Shown piece after piece: positions 37,206 through 37,275 of a DNA stretch of 37,275 bases (the stretch's first letter is position 1; the number at the start of each line of letters is the position of its first letter). Source of the DNA: Octopus sinensis (taxonomy: Eukaryota); contig NW_021835926.1 in the NCBI RefSeq assembly GCF_006345805.1, positions 1 to 37,275 on the forward strand. Direction: 5' to 3'. The position numbers and the translations under genes were made by a program. Below the pieces are notes generated by a model. It searched no databases, had not been told where the DNA came from, and saw nothing but the letters and a program-made list of their open reading frames with translations.

Positions 37206-37275
37206 TGCCCTGATGCAGTACCAGGCAGATCCCTGATGCAGTACAGGCAGATGCCCTGATGCAGTACCAGATAAA
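37206..37275. repeat. Three tandem 22-24-nt units TGCCCTGATGCAGTACCAGGCAGA
   Basis: Units at 37206, 37230 and 37252; the window ends within or just after the third. Confidence 0.9.

Overview
AT-rich, microsatellite-saturated eukaryotic DNA that looks intergenic or deep intronic. The repeat types and simple-repeat density resemble an octopus (coleoid cephalopod) genome; this is an inference from pattern recognition, not a database result. No intact host protein-coding gene, rRNA, genuine tRNA or CRISPR array is supported, and almost all ORFs in the supplied track are microsatellite translations. Recognisable content is decayed mobile DNA: a pogo/Tigger transposase pseudogene (9.0-10.8 kb), two mariner/Tc1 fragments, a probable Chapaev-type fragment, a nest of R4/Dong-type RLE LINEs (21.0-24.7 kb) plus two further Dong-type 3' ends, a CR1/L2-group LINE 3' end, about 17 tRNA-derived SINE copies in several families, two Helitron-like non-autonomous elements and two MITEs. 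The most notable signal is a set of Penelope-like element (PLE) relics with inverted or direct terminal repeats carrying minimal type I hammerhead-ribozyme motifs. One copy (25076-25113) has a near-complete core with a loopless palindromic stem III, and one PLE relic retains a GIY-YIG endonuclease C-terminus. A LINE and a SINE family share a 3' tail whose stem-loop differs in sequence but keeps its pairing. All alignments and folds were done by eye, so boundaries are approximate.
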